Positions 10,416 to 22,500 of a stretch of 64,000 nt of DNA are shown here, piece after piece. The notes below the pieces were generated by a model. The model was not told where the DNA came from. It saw only the letters and a program-made list of their open reading frames with translations, and did not search any database. Within the stretch, counting starts at the first letter, position 1; the number at the start of each line of letters is the position of its first letter. Made by a program: the position numbers and the translations under genes. Source of the DNA: Pristiophorus japonicus (taxonomy: Eukaryota); assembly GCF_044704955.1 (NCBI RefSeq), contig NC_091995.1, forward strand, positions 17,546,001-17,610,000. The letters run 5' to 3'.

Positions 10416-13400
10416 TTAGATTTCAGCTTCACTTATGGGTGCTCGTTTAACATGTGAAGCGTGGATCCAGGCTTTCTTTCCTTGGACTTTAACAGCTGCC
10501 TTGGTGGGCAATAACACTTGATATGGTCCCTCCCATTTGGCACCCAAAGGTTCTTTATGCAACTTTTTCACATACACCCAGACTCCCGGGATGATGTCGT
10601 GTCCTCCTTCAGGTGGATTACCCCAAGCTGCCGATACCTATCGGGAAACAGAACTAATAGCATTGGTTAAGTTCTGACAGTATGATAACAAAGTGTTACT
10701 CATTAAGTGAACATCAGCTTTCCGTAAATCGATAGTTCCTGGCAGCGACATGGGTCTTCCTGTTATAATTTGAAATGGGCTTAGACCTGTAGTTCTGTTC
10801 GGGGTTGCCCTAATGCAGGTAGTGCCTGGGGCCATGGTGTTCCTTCTTGGTGATATTTGGCAAGCCGTTGTTTCAGAGTTCGATTCATTCGTTCTACTTG
10901 TCCTGCTGATTGTGGATGATAAGGACAATGTAAATCCCACGTAATGTTCAGTAACCTACAAACTTCTTGGCAGACAGCACCTGTGAAGTGTGTTCCCTGA
11001 TCTGAGTCAATGCTACTCGGGACTCCCCATCGGGGAATGTAATCCTTACACAAGACCTTTGCAGTGTGATTAGCTGTGGCTCTTTTAGTTGGGACAGCTT
11101 CTACCCATCTAGAGAATCTGTCGACCATGACAAGAATGTTAGTGTATCCTTGGAATGAAGGAAGAGATATATAATCAACCTGCAGATGCTGGAATGGTCC
11201 GACAGGGGCAGGGTGCCTCAGGTGGGGCATTACCGTGATGGGTCCAGAATTATTTTTCTGGCAGACCACACAGCGGTCTGTTACCAGCTGGGCATGTTTT
11301 TTAAATCCCCGACCCCACCAGCTTTTCTGGAATCGTGCCGTCATCTGTTGTGAGGCCAAGTGTCCCCACGAGTGGATCTGTTGGGCTAAAAAAGGCATAA
11401 GCACTTGTGGCGCGACTGGCTTGTCGGTAACTCTTTGTCTCCAGACACCATCTTCACATAGCTTAATTCCTGCTTCAATCCATGTCCATTTTTCCTCTCG
11501 GGAGCACTCGCATTGCATTGTTTGAAGGTCTTGTGTCAGAGTCCTGAGTGCTTTCAATCTGCACATCTGTGTTGGTTCTTCTGGAGGAACGCCCTGTGAG
11601 GCAGCATCTTTAGCTGCCTGGTCGGCTAGGGCATTTCCCTGTGCTTCTGTGGTATTTTCCTTGGTATGGGCCTTACACTTCAGGATGGACACTTCCTGAG
11701 GTAATTGTATGGCCTCCAGTAAGTCTCGGACTTCTTTTCCGTTTCCGATAGGTGTACCAGCAGCAGTGAGGAATCCTCTTTTCCGCCGTAACATACCAAA
11801 GTCGTGAGCGACTCCAAAAGCATAACGCGAATATGTGTAGACATTAGCTGTCTGTCCTTCTGCTATTCAACATGCTTCTGACAGGGCCTGTAACTCGGCC
11901 TGTTGTGCTGACGTTCCTGAGGGTAAACATCCTTTTGCCACTACCTCATATAAGGTTGTAATTGCCCATCCTGCTTTTCTGGTACCATTGTCAACAAAGG
12001 AGGAACCATCTGTAAACAGGATGAGGTCTGGGTTGTGCAGAGGCTCCTCTGCTGCTAAGGCTGCTTCTTCTGTTTCTTTTAAAATCTCCACGCAGTCATG
12101 CTCTTCACATTCTCCCCCCTCTTGCTCCCTCGATTCTGACATCGGAAGCATAGTTGCGGGATTAGCGGGGCTGGCCCGGACGATATGGAGATTAGGAGCT
12201 TCCAAAACTGCTGTCCAGCGGGTCCATCTTGCTGCCGTCACCTGAGATATTCTATTCATAGACAGCAAAGCGTATACAGTGTGGGGACACTTGACAATCA
12301 GCTTTTGGTCGAAGACTAGACCCGCAGTGATCATTCCATGGTCCTTAGGCAACTTTCCCATCCGAGGGCTACCGCATCCAGTTTTGCCGAATTATAGCCA
12401 ATAGGTCTTTGCCGATCCCCATGTTCTTGTGTCAGTATAGCTGTCATATATCCTTCTTTCTCATGGACAAACAGGGTGAATGGTTTACCACTGTCGGGGA
12501 TTCCCAGAGCCGGTGCCGAACACAAAGCCTTTTTCAAACTCAGGAAGGCCTCTTGCTGTTCTTTAGTGAGGGTGATGGCTTCTTTAGAGGCACGTTTCCC
12601 CTTTAAAATATCATTCAGTGGCTGAGCAAGCTGTGTGAAAGAGTCAATCCAATTTCTGTTAAAGTTACACAATTCCAAAAAAGACCTTAGTTCCTGAATA
12701 GTGGTGGGTTTTTCAGCAGCCCGAATGGTTGCAGTTCTATCCTGAGTAAGTTCTTTCTTTCCTTGTGAAATGTTTTCTCCCAGCTATACAACCTCTTCTT
12801 GGGATATTTGTGCTTTGTCGATGCTGGCTTTATGTCCTTTCAGCCGAAGGTGATCCAGCAAAGCTCGTAAATCATGTTCATGCTGTTCTTCCGTGTTTGA
12901 AGCTAGCAGGATATCGTCTACATATTGGATGACTGTGGACGACAGGGGAGGTAATTCTCGCAAATGGCTTTGTAAAGCCATGTGGAATACCGTAGGGCTG
13001 TTGTGGAAACCCTGCGGTAACCGGGTCCAAGTATACTGTTGTCCTTGGACCGTGAAAGCAAACCACTGTCGAACCTCCAGTGCCAGAGGCACCGACCAAA
13101 ATCCGTTGGCCATATCTATAACCGAGAAATATTTATGTTCCGGTTTGAGGGCATTAAAAATGGTGGAGGGATCTGCGACCAAAGGAGCTTTTTAATCAAT
13201 ACACTGGTTAGCTTTCCTATAATCGACAGTCAAACACCAAGTCTCATTAGATTTCTGTACCGGCCACACGGGGCTATTGGAGGAGCTATGCATTTTAATA
13301 AGCACCCCTTGTTTCTCCAATGGCTGAATAACCGGTAAGATTCCCGTGATGGCAGTTGGACTGATGGGATACTGTTTAGTGCATGGAGGCTTGGTCCCTG

Positions 13401-13860
13401 TAAATGACGCAGGCTCCGTCTGGAGTAGGCCACAATAGTTCTTATCTTTAGCCCATATTGGGCTTCAATTCTTCTGTTCCTTCAATTCTTCTTTCTTCAA
13501 AGTTCTAATTGACCATGTCACCCGACCATCCTCAAAATGCAATGATGAATCTACTTGGATTAGAACGTCCATTCCCAAAAGTGGTTGATCTACTGGGCCT
13601 ATCCAGACCGGCGTGGTTAGTTCATGTGGACCCAGCCCTATAAGTACCGGTGCTGTCCTTTTAATTTTATGGCCCCCAACTCCATAGGCTGTACGTGCCC
13701 TACCATCCAACGGCAAAAAAGTCTCCATATTGTAGGGGTAAGCATGTTAATTCCGCCCCTGTGTCTAAAAGACAGTCCACATCCTTCTCGCCCGTTATAT
13801 ATAGCCCATCTCCCCTTTGTTGTATTAGTGCGAGGAGGGGGGCCAGGGTGGGCTCTAATC
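10416..13860 (-). pseudogene. pol: ERV pro-pol (protease, RT, RNase H, integrase), disrupted by stops and frameshifts
   Basis: LLDTGA protease, LPQGF and YVDD in RT, FTDGSS in RNase H, HHCC plus DDE integrase (LQVDYI, SDQG, GQVERMN) and C-terminal GPY. Split over at least 7 ORFs. Confidence 0.95.
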
Positions 13861-13903
13861 GTTTTTTGCTATCCCGTAACTCCTTCTGTTGTTGTATTGT
13901 CAG

Positions 13904-15415
13904 TCACTTAAATGCTTCTATGAGGTCATTATCTTGTGACAAGCCTGGCTTGTTGGTTGAATTGTATCCCTGGCTGCGTCCTCTTCCCCAGCCACGACCT
14001 TTCTGTTTTGCCCTGCACGTCTTGGCCCAGTGACCTTCTTTCCCACAATAATGACATTTTCCAGGTAATTTTCCTAATAACTGTTTATCGGAATCCTGGG
14101 ATTTCCATCCCATAGCCTGTACAGCTCGGACTTTAGCTCCCATATCCCGATCTATTTGGTTACATCGATCCACCAATGCTGCAAAGGTAGTTCCGCTACC
14201 TTCCCAGTCCGGTAACACTACCTTAAGCATTTTGGACAGTTCTGGCTTTAGACCTGCCACGAAAGCTGCTTTTAGGGGTCCAAACACTAGTTCATCCATT
14301 TCCTCATCCGTATTGTTCATACCCGAATGTTCTAGCCACGTGCATCTAAACCGCTCGTCATACTCCAGGACCTCCTCTGTTCCTTTCTGTTGGCAGGCTG
14401 CAATTTTTCCCCAGTCTGTCTTAGCTGGACTGAAGGCTTGCAGCCAGTGTTTAATCGCCTCCCATCCTGCATCTACATCTTGCTCATCCTGCCCCAAAGC
14501 TTCTTCTACCTTGTCGTGCAATTTTCTTCCCTGTGTTTTTGGCACCATTATGGTCAAAATTTGCACTCCATCCCAGGGATGAAGTTGATATATATTTCTT
14601 AAGCGGTCCAATTGGTCCCACGTTTTTACTCCCCCTTTCTTTGGATTGGGCAATTCCTTGGACCATTTATCAATTTTCTCTGGGTCTGCCGGAGCATGAA
14701 CTAAGTATTCTTCGTACACCCTTCTCTTTGTTTTTTTGGTTCCGCCCTCATCCGCAGTCTCTTCTGATTTGACTACAACTCGTCTTTTTTTAAACAGGGC
14801 AAAGCGCACCCCTAATTCGTCATCCTCCGACACTGTATTGTCGGAGGATTCAGAATCCGTATCTATTCCTCGGTCGTGTCTTCGGGATTGCGCTTTTAAT
14901 TTATCTAAACATGCGTACCCTGGGAATTGATCAATACATTTTCCTTTTCCTATTACTGTCTCTTGACCTAATGATTTTTTCCATTCTTTAATTTCACCTT
15001 TAAGATCTTTAACTTCCGCTTCCAGCTTTTCAAGTTCAAGCTTTTTCTGTTGCAGCTGCGCACAAACTGCTTGCAATTGATCGTTTTTACTGGTCAGTTC
15101 TCGATCATGTTGGGAACGCATTATAATTTCATTCCGCTTTTGGATCTGGCCCATAACCTCTTGGGACCATCTAGTTTGCTCTTTATTTTTCATACGGGTC
15201 GTTTTTCCCCAGACCCTTTTAATCTCGTCCAAGGACCATTGTCCTTTGGAGGTTCCGTACTTTTGTTCGATCTTAATACAGGTTTTAGATAAGTTGAATT
15301 GTTGCTCTATGTATTCTTTCAACTGTTCGAGAATTAAATCTAGCGAAACTGCAGGTGGTGCCTGCCCACCTTTAACAGTTGTAGGCAATTCTTTGCTCTT
15401 ATCTCCTGCTGCCAT
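13904..15415 (-). CDS. gag: ERV Gag (503 aa open frame)
   Basis: Coiled-coil N-terminus, MHR-like CQQKGTEEVLEYDERF, CCHC zinc knuckle CHYCGKEGHWAKTC. Located directly after the PBS/leader. Confidence 0.88.
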   Translation of the reverse strand: MAAGDKSKELPTTVKGGQAPPAVSLDLILEQLKEYIEQQFNLSKTCIKIEQKYGTSKGQWSLDEIKRVWGKTTRMKNKEQTRWSQEVMGQIQKRNEIIMRSQHDRELTSKNDQLQAVCAQLQQKKLELEKLEAEVKDLKGEIKEWKKSLGQETVIGKGKCIDQFPGYACLDKLKAQSRRHDRGIDTDSESSDNTVSEDDELGVRFALFKKRRVVVKSEETADEGGTKKTKRRVYEEYLVHAPADPEKIDKWSKELPNPKKGGVKTWDQLDRLRNIYQLHPWDGVQILTIMVPKTQGRKLHDKVEEALGQDEQDVDAGWEAIKHWLQAFSPAKTDWGKIAACQQKGTEEVLEYDERFRCTWLEHSGMNNTDEEMDELVFGPLKAAFVAGLKPELSKMLKVVLPDWEGSGTTFAALVDRCNQIDRDMGAKVRAVQAMGWKSQDSDKQLLGKLPGKCHYCGKEGHWAKTCRAKQKGRGWGRGRSQGYNSTNKPGLSQDNDLIEAFK

Positions 15416-15675
15416 AATTTCTTTACTGGGGTCTCGAGTCGTAGGCTTTCTAGCCGATCAATAGGTCGGTGATAAATTAACTAACACACCGCCGAAGTTT
15501 AGACGTCTATGGGACCTCGAGCCGACTACCAACCGGAGGGTTTTCAAACCGGAGGCTTTCGGAATCGCGTAGAAGGAGAGGCGAATTTAGACTCTTGACC
15601 GAGGATTTTTAAAAAGAGGTGTCCTTACCTCAATATGTAGGTCCGATGTCCAAAATTCAATTTCTTTCCTCAGCG

Positions 15676-15693
15676 ATCCTGTTCGTGACACCA
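15676..15693 (-). promoter_or_regulatory. Primer binding site, tRNA-Ser(CGA)-like
   Basis: TGGTGTCACGAACAGGAT, 4 nt after the 5' LTR. Matches 17/18 to the complement of the vertebrate tRNA-Ser(CGA) 3' end ATCCTGTTCGTGACGCCA as recalled from memory. Confidence 0.75.
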
Positions 15694-15697
15694 AACT

Positions 15698-16044
15698 TGT
15701 TGGATCTCTTAATTTCCAATGAAATACGAACTCTGATGGTAGTTTTAACTTCTTTATTTTTGGCAGAGAGCAACAAGCTGCTGGCTGATTGCCAGTTCCT
15801 TTGTCTTACTGGAACCACATGGTCAAAATGGCTGTATTTATACCGGGTTCAATTTACAGAAAAGAACTCGCTTTCTTTGACCTTATTGGCTCAATTAATA
15901 GTCTTTTAACCTTTTAATTGGCTCGCTACCCAAGGTTCTAAAATGTCAAGTTGATTGATGAGTTAATGCAACATGCTGAGCAGCATCTAGTAGCTTTGAC
16001 TTGGGGGTCTGTGAATTTTCAAAGTCTGTTTGAATACTCTATCA
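15698..16044 (-). repeat. ERV 5' LTR (347 bp)
   Basis: Direct repeat of 8415-8775 with ~12 substitutions and one 14-bp indel by manual comparison. Minus-strand CCAAT boxes, TATAAATA and AATAAA are present. Confidence 0.95.
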
Positions 16045-16729
16045 GACAGCAGGCGCCTGGGAGCACCACTGCCTCCAAGTTCCCCTCCAAGTCACACACC
16101 ATCCTGACTTATAAATTTATTGGCCATTCCTTCATTGTCACTGAGTCAAAATCCTGGAACTCCCTCCATAACAGCGCCATGGGAGAACCATCACCACATG
16201 GACTGCAGCGGTTCAAGAAAGTGGCTCACCACCTGCTACCCATGGACAATTCGGGATGGGCAATAAATGGTGGCCTTGCCAGCGATGCCCACATTGCGCA
16301 TGGGTCTGCTGGAACCGCTGGGCACTGCAATTACAGCAACATTGGACAGGATGTGATTAGGGTTGTCTGCTGCTCTCCACCCAATTTTCCTGCGTTGGCT
16401 GCGCCCAAAAGATTGAAGAGTCCAGGAACAGGAATGGGGAAAATCTGCCGCTTAAAACATTATTTGTTCATTTTCATTTCCACCGAACCACTCGACAATT
16501 CCAATGGGTGGTTTATGTCCAAATAAATTACTTTTTTCTTCCTTTATATGCCTTGTTCATTTTTAAAACATTCGACAAATTTTTGGATGCTTTCATACTG
16601 TACCAACTGCATGAGAATGGCAGCAACACAATATGGGTGCGGGCAGGTGGAATCTTGTTTGGTTCCTAGTCGAATTCTCCAACACAAAAGAGAGCTCAGA
16701 ACTGCATACTTATGGGCTCAGATAAAAGA

Positions 16730-17142
16730 GTTGCATTTCTATAGCGCCTTTATGGCCACGGGACATCCGAAAGTGCTTAACAGCCAATTAAGTACTTTTC
16801 TGAAGTGTAGTCACTGTTGTAATGCAACAAACACGGCAGCCAATTTGCGCAAAGCAAGCTTCCAAAAAAGCTGACTGATAATCTATTTTATTGCTGTTAT
16901 TTGAGGAATAAATACAGGCCAGGACAGATACCCCTGATCTTGATCAAAATGGTGCTATGAGATGTTTAACATCCACCTGAGAGAGCATCCAGAAACGACA
17001 CCTCCAACAGTGCAGCGCTCCCTCAATACTGCACTGGGAGGGTCAGCCTAGATTTTATGCTCAAGTCTATGGAGTGGAATGTAATCCCACAGCCTTCGGA
17101 CTCAAAGGCGGAGATGCTACCCACTGTCCCATGGCTGACACA
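16730..17142 (-). mobile_element. DeuSINE/SacSINE1-like SINE
   Basis: Reverse complement of the 44708-45200 family, with tail ggcgctatagaaatgca. Confidence 0.65.
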
Positions 17143-19500
17143 CAGCGAACTACTGCCCTCGATATAATTTGAACCTGGACCAAAGAAATTCCCTTAGTTG
17201 AATTTCCGCTGGCATTCTCCCGATCATCCGCAGTAACTTTCCATTACATTCACAGCAGAAACAGGAGCAGGAATAGGCCATTCGTGCTGAAATTACTAGT
17301 GGACAACAGAATAGATTAGATTGACTTGATAATGTAATATATGAGTTTTTGAATAGCTTAAGAACCAACATAATTAACAGGAGGATATATAGTTCGGGGA
17401 TAATTGTGAAGTACAGCGATGGAGATGAGCAGCTGAACGACTAAGGAATAACATGTAACAAACTTGGGGATAGATCAGACTGCCCTAGTAACTCACAAGT
17501 GTCAATCGAGGTCTTACATATGGGTATAAATATGACGATTTCCATTGCGCTCTGCCCATTTGCAAAGGGATATAGACAGATTAAGTGAGTGGGGAAAAAT
17601 TGGCATATGGAGCATAATGTGGGAAAATCTGAGGTTATCCACTTTGGCAGAAATAATAGAAAAACAAATGATAATTTAAATGGAGAAAAATTGCAAAGTA
17701 CTGCATTACAGAGAGGCCTGGGGGTACTTGTGCATGAAACAAAGAAGGTTAGTATGCATGTACAGTAAATAATCACGTAGGCAAATGGAATATTCACCTT
17801 TATTTTAAGAGCGATAGAGTATAAAAGCAGAGAAGTCCTGCTACAACTGTACAGGGTATTGATGTGGCCACACGTGGAGTACTGCGTTTTGGTCTCCGCA
17901 TTTAAGGAAGGATATACTTGCATTGGAGGCTGTTCAGAGAAATTTTACTCGGTTGATTACGGAGATATTAATTGGGACAAATATAGTATGAAGGGTATAG
18001 AGGGTGTAGAATTCTTGAAATGCATTCAAGAGAACTTTTTTAGTCTTGGATTTAGTTTTGATTAATGAAGCTGGGCAGGTTGAAGGGGTATTAGTGGGAG
18101 AGCACTTGGGTGCCAGTGACCATAATTCAGTCAACTTCAAGTTGGTTATGGATAAGGACAAGGATAGGCTTGGAATAAAAGTCCCGAATAGGGTAAAGCT
18201 AATTTTGCTAAGTTGCCCACCATGGACTGGAAACAGCTACTTGTGGGCAAATCAGTGTCGGAACCATGGGAGGCATTCAAGGAGGAGATCAAGAAGGCTC
18301 AGGCCAAACACGTGCCCTCAAAGAAAAAGGTTGGGAATAATATTTCTAGAGCCCCCTGGATGACTAGAGACTTACAGGAGAGGATAAATTAAAAGAGAAG
18401 CTTATGTCATATACCAACGGCTAAATACTATCGAATATTTAGAGGAATATAGAAAGTTAAGAGGCAAAATTAAAAATGATATTAGGAATGCTAAGAGAGA
18501 GCACGAAAAATTCTTGGCTAATAAAATTAAGGAAACCCCTAAGATGTTCTATAAATAAATTAAGAGTAATAGGGCAACTAATAAAAGGGTAAGGCCTATT
18601 AGATACCACGAGGGTAATCTTTGAGTGGAGGCGGAAGATGTTGGTAAGATTCTTAACAAATACTTTGCATCTGTTTTCACAAAGGAAAGGGGCAATGCAG
18701 AGATTGCTATCGAGGAGGATTGTGATATTCTGGATGAAATAAATATAGTGAGAGAGGAAGTATTAAGGGATTCAGCAGCTTTGAAAGTAGATATGTCCCC
18801 AGGCCCGGATGAAATGCATCACAGGCTATTGAGCGAAGTGAAAGAGGAAGTAGCAGTGGCCTTGACCATCATTTTCCAGTCCTTTTTGGATTTGGGCATG
18901 GTGCCGCAGGATTGGAGGACTGCTAATTTTGTACCGTTGTTTAAGAAGGGAGAAAGGGATAGTCCGAATAATTACAGGCCTGTCAGCCTAACCTCAGTGG
19001 TGGGAAAATTATTGGACAGGATAAATCTACATTTTGAAAGGCAAAGATTAATTAGGGACAGTTAGCACGGATTTGTTAAGGGAAGATCGTGTTTGACTAA
19101 CCTGACTGAATTTTTTGAAGAGGTAACCAAGAGGGTCGATGAGGGTAGTGCATTCGATGTAGTCTATATAGTCTTTAGCAAAGCTTTTGATAAGGTCCCA
19201 CATTGTAGACTGGTCACGAAGGTTAAAGCCCATGGGATCCAGGGCAAAGTGACAAGTTGGATCCAAAATTAGCTCGGAGGTAGGAAGCAAAGTGTCATGG
19301 TTGATGGATGTTATTGTGACTGGAAGGATTTTTCCAGTGGGGTTCCACAGGGCTCAGTACTGGCTCCCTTGCTTTGTGTGGTATATATCAACGATTTAGA
19401 TTTGAATATAGGGAGTATGATTAAGAAGTTTGCAGACGAGACTAAAATTGGCTGTGTGGTTGATAATCAAGAGGACAGTCATGGGCTGCAGGAGGATATC

Positions 19501-22500
19501 ATAAGAACATAAGAACATAAGAACATAAGAATGAGGAACAGGAGTAGGCCATCTAGCCCCTCGAGCCTGCTCTGCCATTCAACAAGATCATGGCTGATCT
19601 GGCTGTGGACTCAGCTCCACTGAACCGCCCGCTCCCCATAACCCTCAATTCCCTTATTGGTTAAAAATCTATCTATCTGTGATTTGAATGCATTCAATGA
19701 GCTAGCCTCAACTGCTTCCTTGGGTAGAGAATTCCACAGATTCACAACCCTCTGGGAGAAGAACTTCCTTCTCAACTCGGTTTTAAATTGGATCCCCCGT
19801 ATTTTGAGGCTGTGCCCCCTAGTTCTAGTCTCCCCGACCAGTGGAAACAACCTCTCTGCCTCTATCTTGCCTATCCCTTTCATTATTTTAAATGTTTCTA
19901 TAAGAGCTCCCCTCATCCTTCTGAACTCCAACGAGTAAAGACCCAGTCTACTCAATCTATCATCATAAGGTAAGCCCCTCATCTCCGGAATCAGCCTAGT
20001 GAATCGTCTCTGTACCCCCTCCAAAGCTAGTATATTCTTCATGAAGAAAGGTGACCAAAACTGCACGGAGTACTCCAGGCATGTCCTCACCAACAGCCTA
20101 TACAGTTGCAGCAAGACCTCCCTGCTTTTGTACTCCATCCCTCTCGCAATGAAGGCCAACATTCCATTCGCCTTCCTGATTACCTGCTGCACCTGCAAAC
20201 TAACTTTTTGGGATTCATGCACAAGGACCCCCAGGTCCCTCTGCACCGCAGCATGTTGTAATTTCTCCCCATTCAAATAATATTCCCTTTTACTATTTTT
20301 TTTTTCCAAGATGGATGACCTCACATTTTCCGACATTGTATTCCATCTGCCAAACCTTAGCCCATTCGCTGAACCTATCTAAATCTCTTTGCAGCCTCTC
20401 TGTATCCTCTACACAACCCGCTTTCTCATTAATCTTTGTGTCATCTGCAAATTTTGTTACACTACACTCTGTCCCCTCTTCCAGGTCATCTATGCATATT
20501 GTAAACAGTTGTGGTCCCAGCACCGATCCCTGTGGCACACCACTAACCACCGATTTCCAACCCGAAAAGGACCCATTTATCTTGACTCTCTGCTTTCTGT
20601 TAGCTAGCCAGTTCTCTATCCATGCTAATACATTTCCTCTGACTCCGCGTACCTTTATCTTATGCAGTAACCTTTTGCGTGGCATCTTATCGAATGCCTT
20701 TTGGAAATCTAAATACACCACATCCTTCGGTACACCTCTATCCACCATGCTCGTTATATCCTCAAAGAATTCTAGTAAATTAGTTAAACATGATTTACCC
20801 TTCATGAAGCCATGTTGCGTCTGCGTGAATTCACTTTTCCTATCTAGATGTCTTGCTATTTCTTCCTTAATGATAGCTTCAAGCATTTTCCCCACTACAG
20901 ATGTTAACCTAACCGGCCTATAGTTACCTGCCTTTTGTCTGCCCCCTTTTTAAACAGAGGCGTTACATTAGCTGCTTGCCAATCTGCTGGTACCTCCCCA
21001 GAGTCCAGAGAATTTTGGTAGATTATAACGAATGCATCTGCTATAACTTCTGCCATCTCTTTTAATACCCTAGGATGCAGTTCATCTGGTCCAGGGTACT
21101 TGTCTACCTTGAGTCCCATTAGCCTGTCCAGCACTAATCCCCAAGTGGTATTGATTATCTCAAGGTCCTCTCTTCCCACATTCCCGTGAGCAGCAATTTT
21201 TGGCATGGTTTTTGTGTCTTCCACTGTGAAGACCGAAGCAAAATAATTGTTTAAGGTCTCAGCCATTTCCACATTACCCATTATTAAATCCCCCTTCTCA
21301 TCTTCTAAGGGACCAACATTTACTTTAGCCACTCTTTTCCGTTTTATATATCGGTAAAAGCTTTTACTATCTGTTTTTATGTTTTACGCAAGTTTACTTT
21401 CGTAATCTATCTTTCCTTTCTTTATTGCTTTCTTAGGCATTCTTTGCTGTCGTTTATAATGTTCCCAATCTACTAGTAACCCACTAACCTTGGCCACCTT
21501 ATACGCAGTCGTTTTTAATTTGATACTCTCCTTTATTTCCTTGGTTATCCACAGCTGGTTATTCCTTCTCTTACCGTCCTTCTTTTTCACTGGAATATAT
21601 TTTTGTTGAGCACTATGAAAGAGCTCCTTAAAAGTCCTCCACTGTTCCTCAATTGTGCCACCGTTTAGTCTGTGTTTCCAGTCTACATTAGCCAACTGTG
21701 CCCTCATCCCACTGTAGTCCCCTTTGTTTAAGCAGAGTACGCTTGTTTGAGACACGACTTCCTCACCCTCAATCTGCATTACAAATTCAACCATACTGTG
21801 ATCACTCATTCCGAGAGGATCTTTTACCAGGAGATCATTTATTATTCCTGTCTCATTACACAGGACCAGATCTAAGATAGCTTGCTCCCTTTTAGGTCCT
21901 GTAACATACTGTTCTAAGAAACAATCCCTTATGCATTCTATGAATTCCTCCTCAAGGCTACCCCGTGCGATTTGATTTGACCAATCGATATGTAGGTTAA
22001 AATCCCCCATGTTTACTGCCGTTCCTTTTTCACATGCCTCCATTATTCCCTTGATTATTGCCCGCCCCACCGTGAAGTTATTATTTGGGGGCCTATAAAC
22101 TACGCCCACCAGTGACTTTTTCATCTTACTATCTCTAATCTCCACCCACAATGATTCAACATTTTGCTCATTAGAGCCAATATCGTCTCTCGCAACTGCC
22201 CTGATATCATCCTTTATTAACAGAGCTACCCCATCTCCTTTCCCTTCTTGTCTATCTTTCCGAATTGTCTGATACCCCTATATGTTTAATTACCAGTCTT
22301 GGCCACCCTGCAACCACGTTTCTGTAATGGCCACCAAATCATACCCATTTGTAATGATTTGTGCCGTCAACTCATTTACTTTATATAGAATGCTGCGTGC
22401 GTTCAGGTAGAGTGTTTTAATACTCGTTTTTAAACCATGATTTTTAGTTTTGACCCCTCCTGCGGCCCCTTTATATTCATACATATTGTCCCTTCCTATC

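Larger units (their letters stand above)
8415..16044 (-). mobile_element. Full-length endogenous retrovirus (LTR-gag-pro-pol-env-LTR), defective
   Basis: Paired LTRs with TG..CA ends, 5-bp TSD GACAG (8410-8414 and 16045-16049), PBS, PPT and gag/pro/RT/RH/IN/env motifs in canonical order. Confidence 0.97.

Noticed and set aside
13904-15415. Link between this Gag and the Gag-derived tail of human B7-H6 (the NKp30 ligand)
   Set aside because: No B7-like Ig exons are in the window and there is no evidence of splicing into gag; treated as coincidence.
19501-19530. Short tandem repeats (AAGAACAT)n here and elsewhere as CRISPR-like or regulatory arrays
   Set aside because: They are CR1 3' terminal microsatellites with no spacers, in a eukaryotic context.
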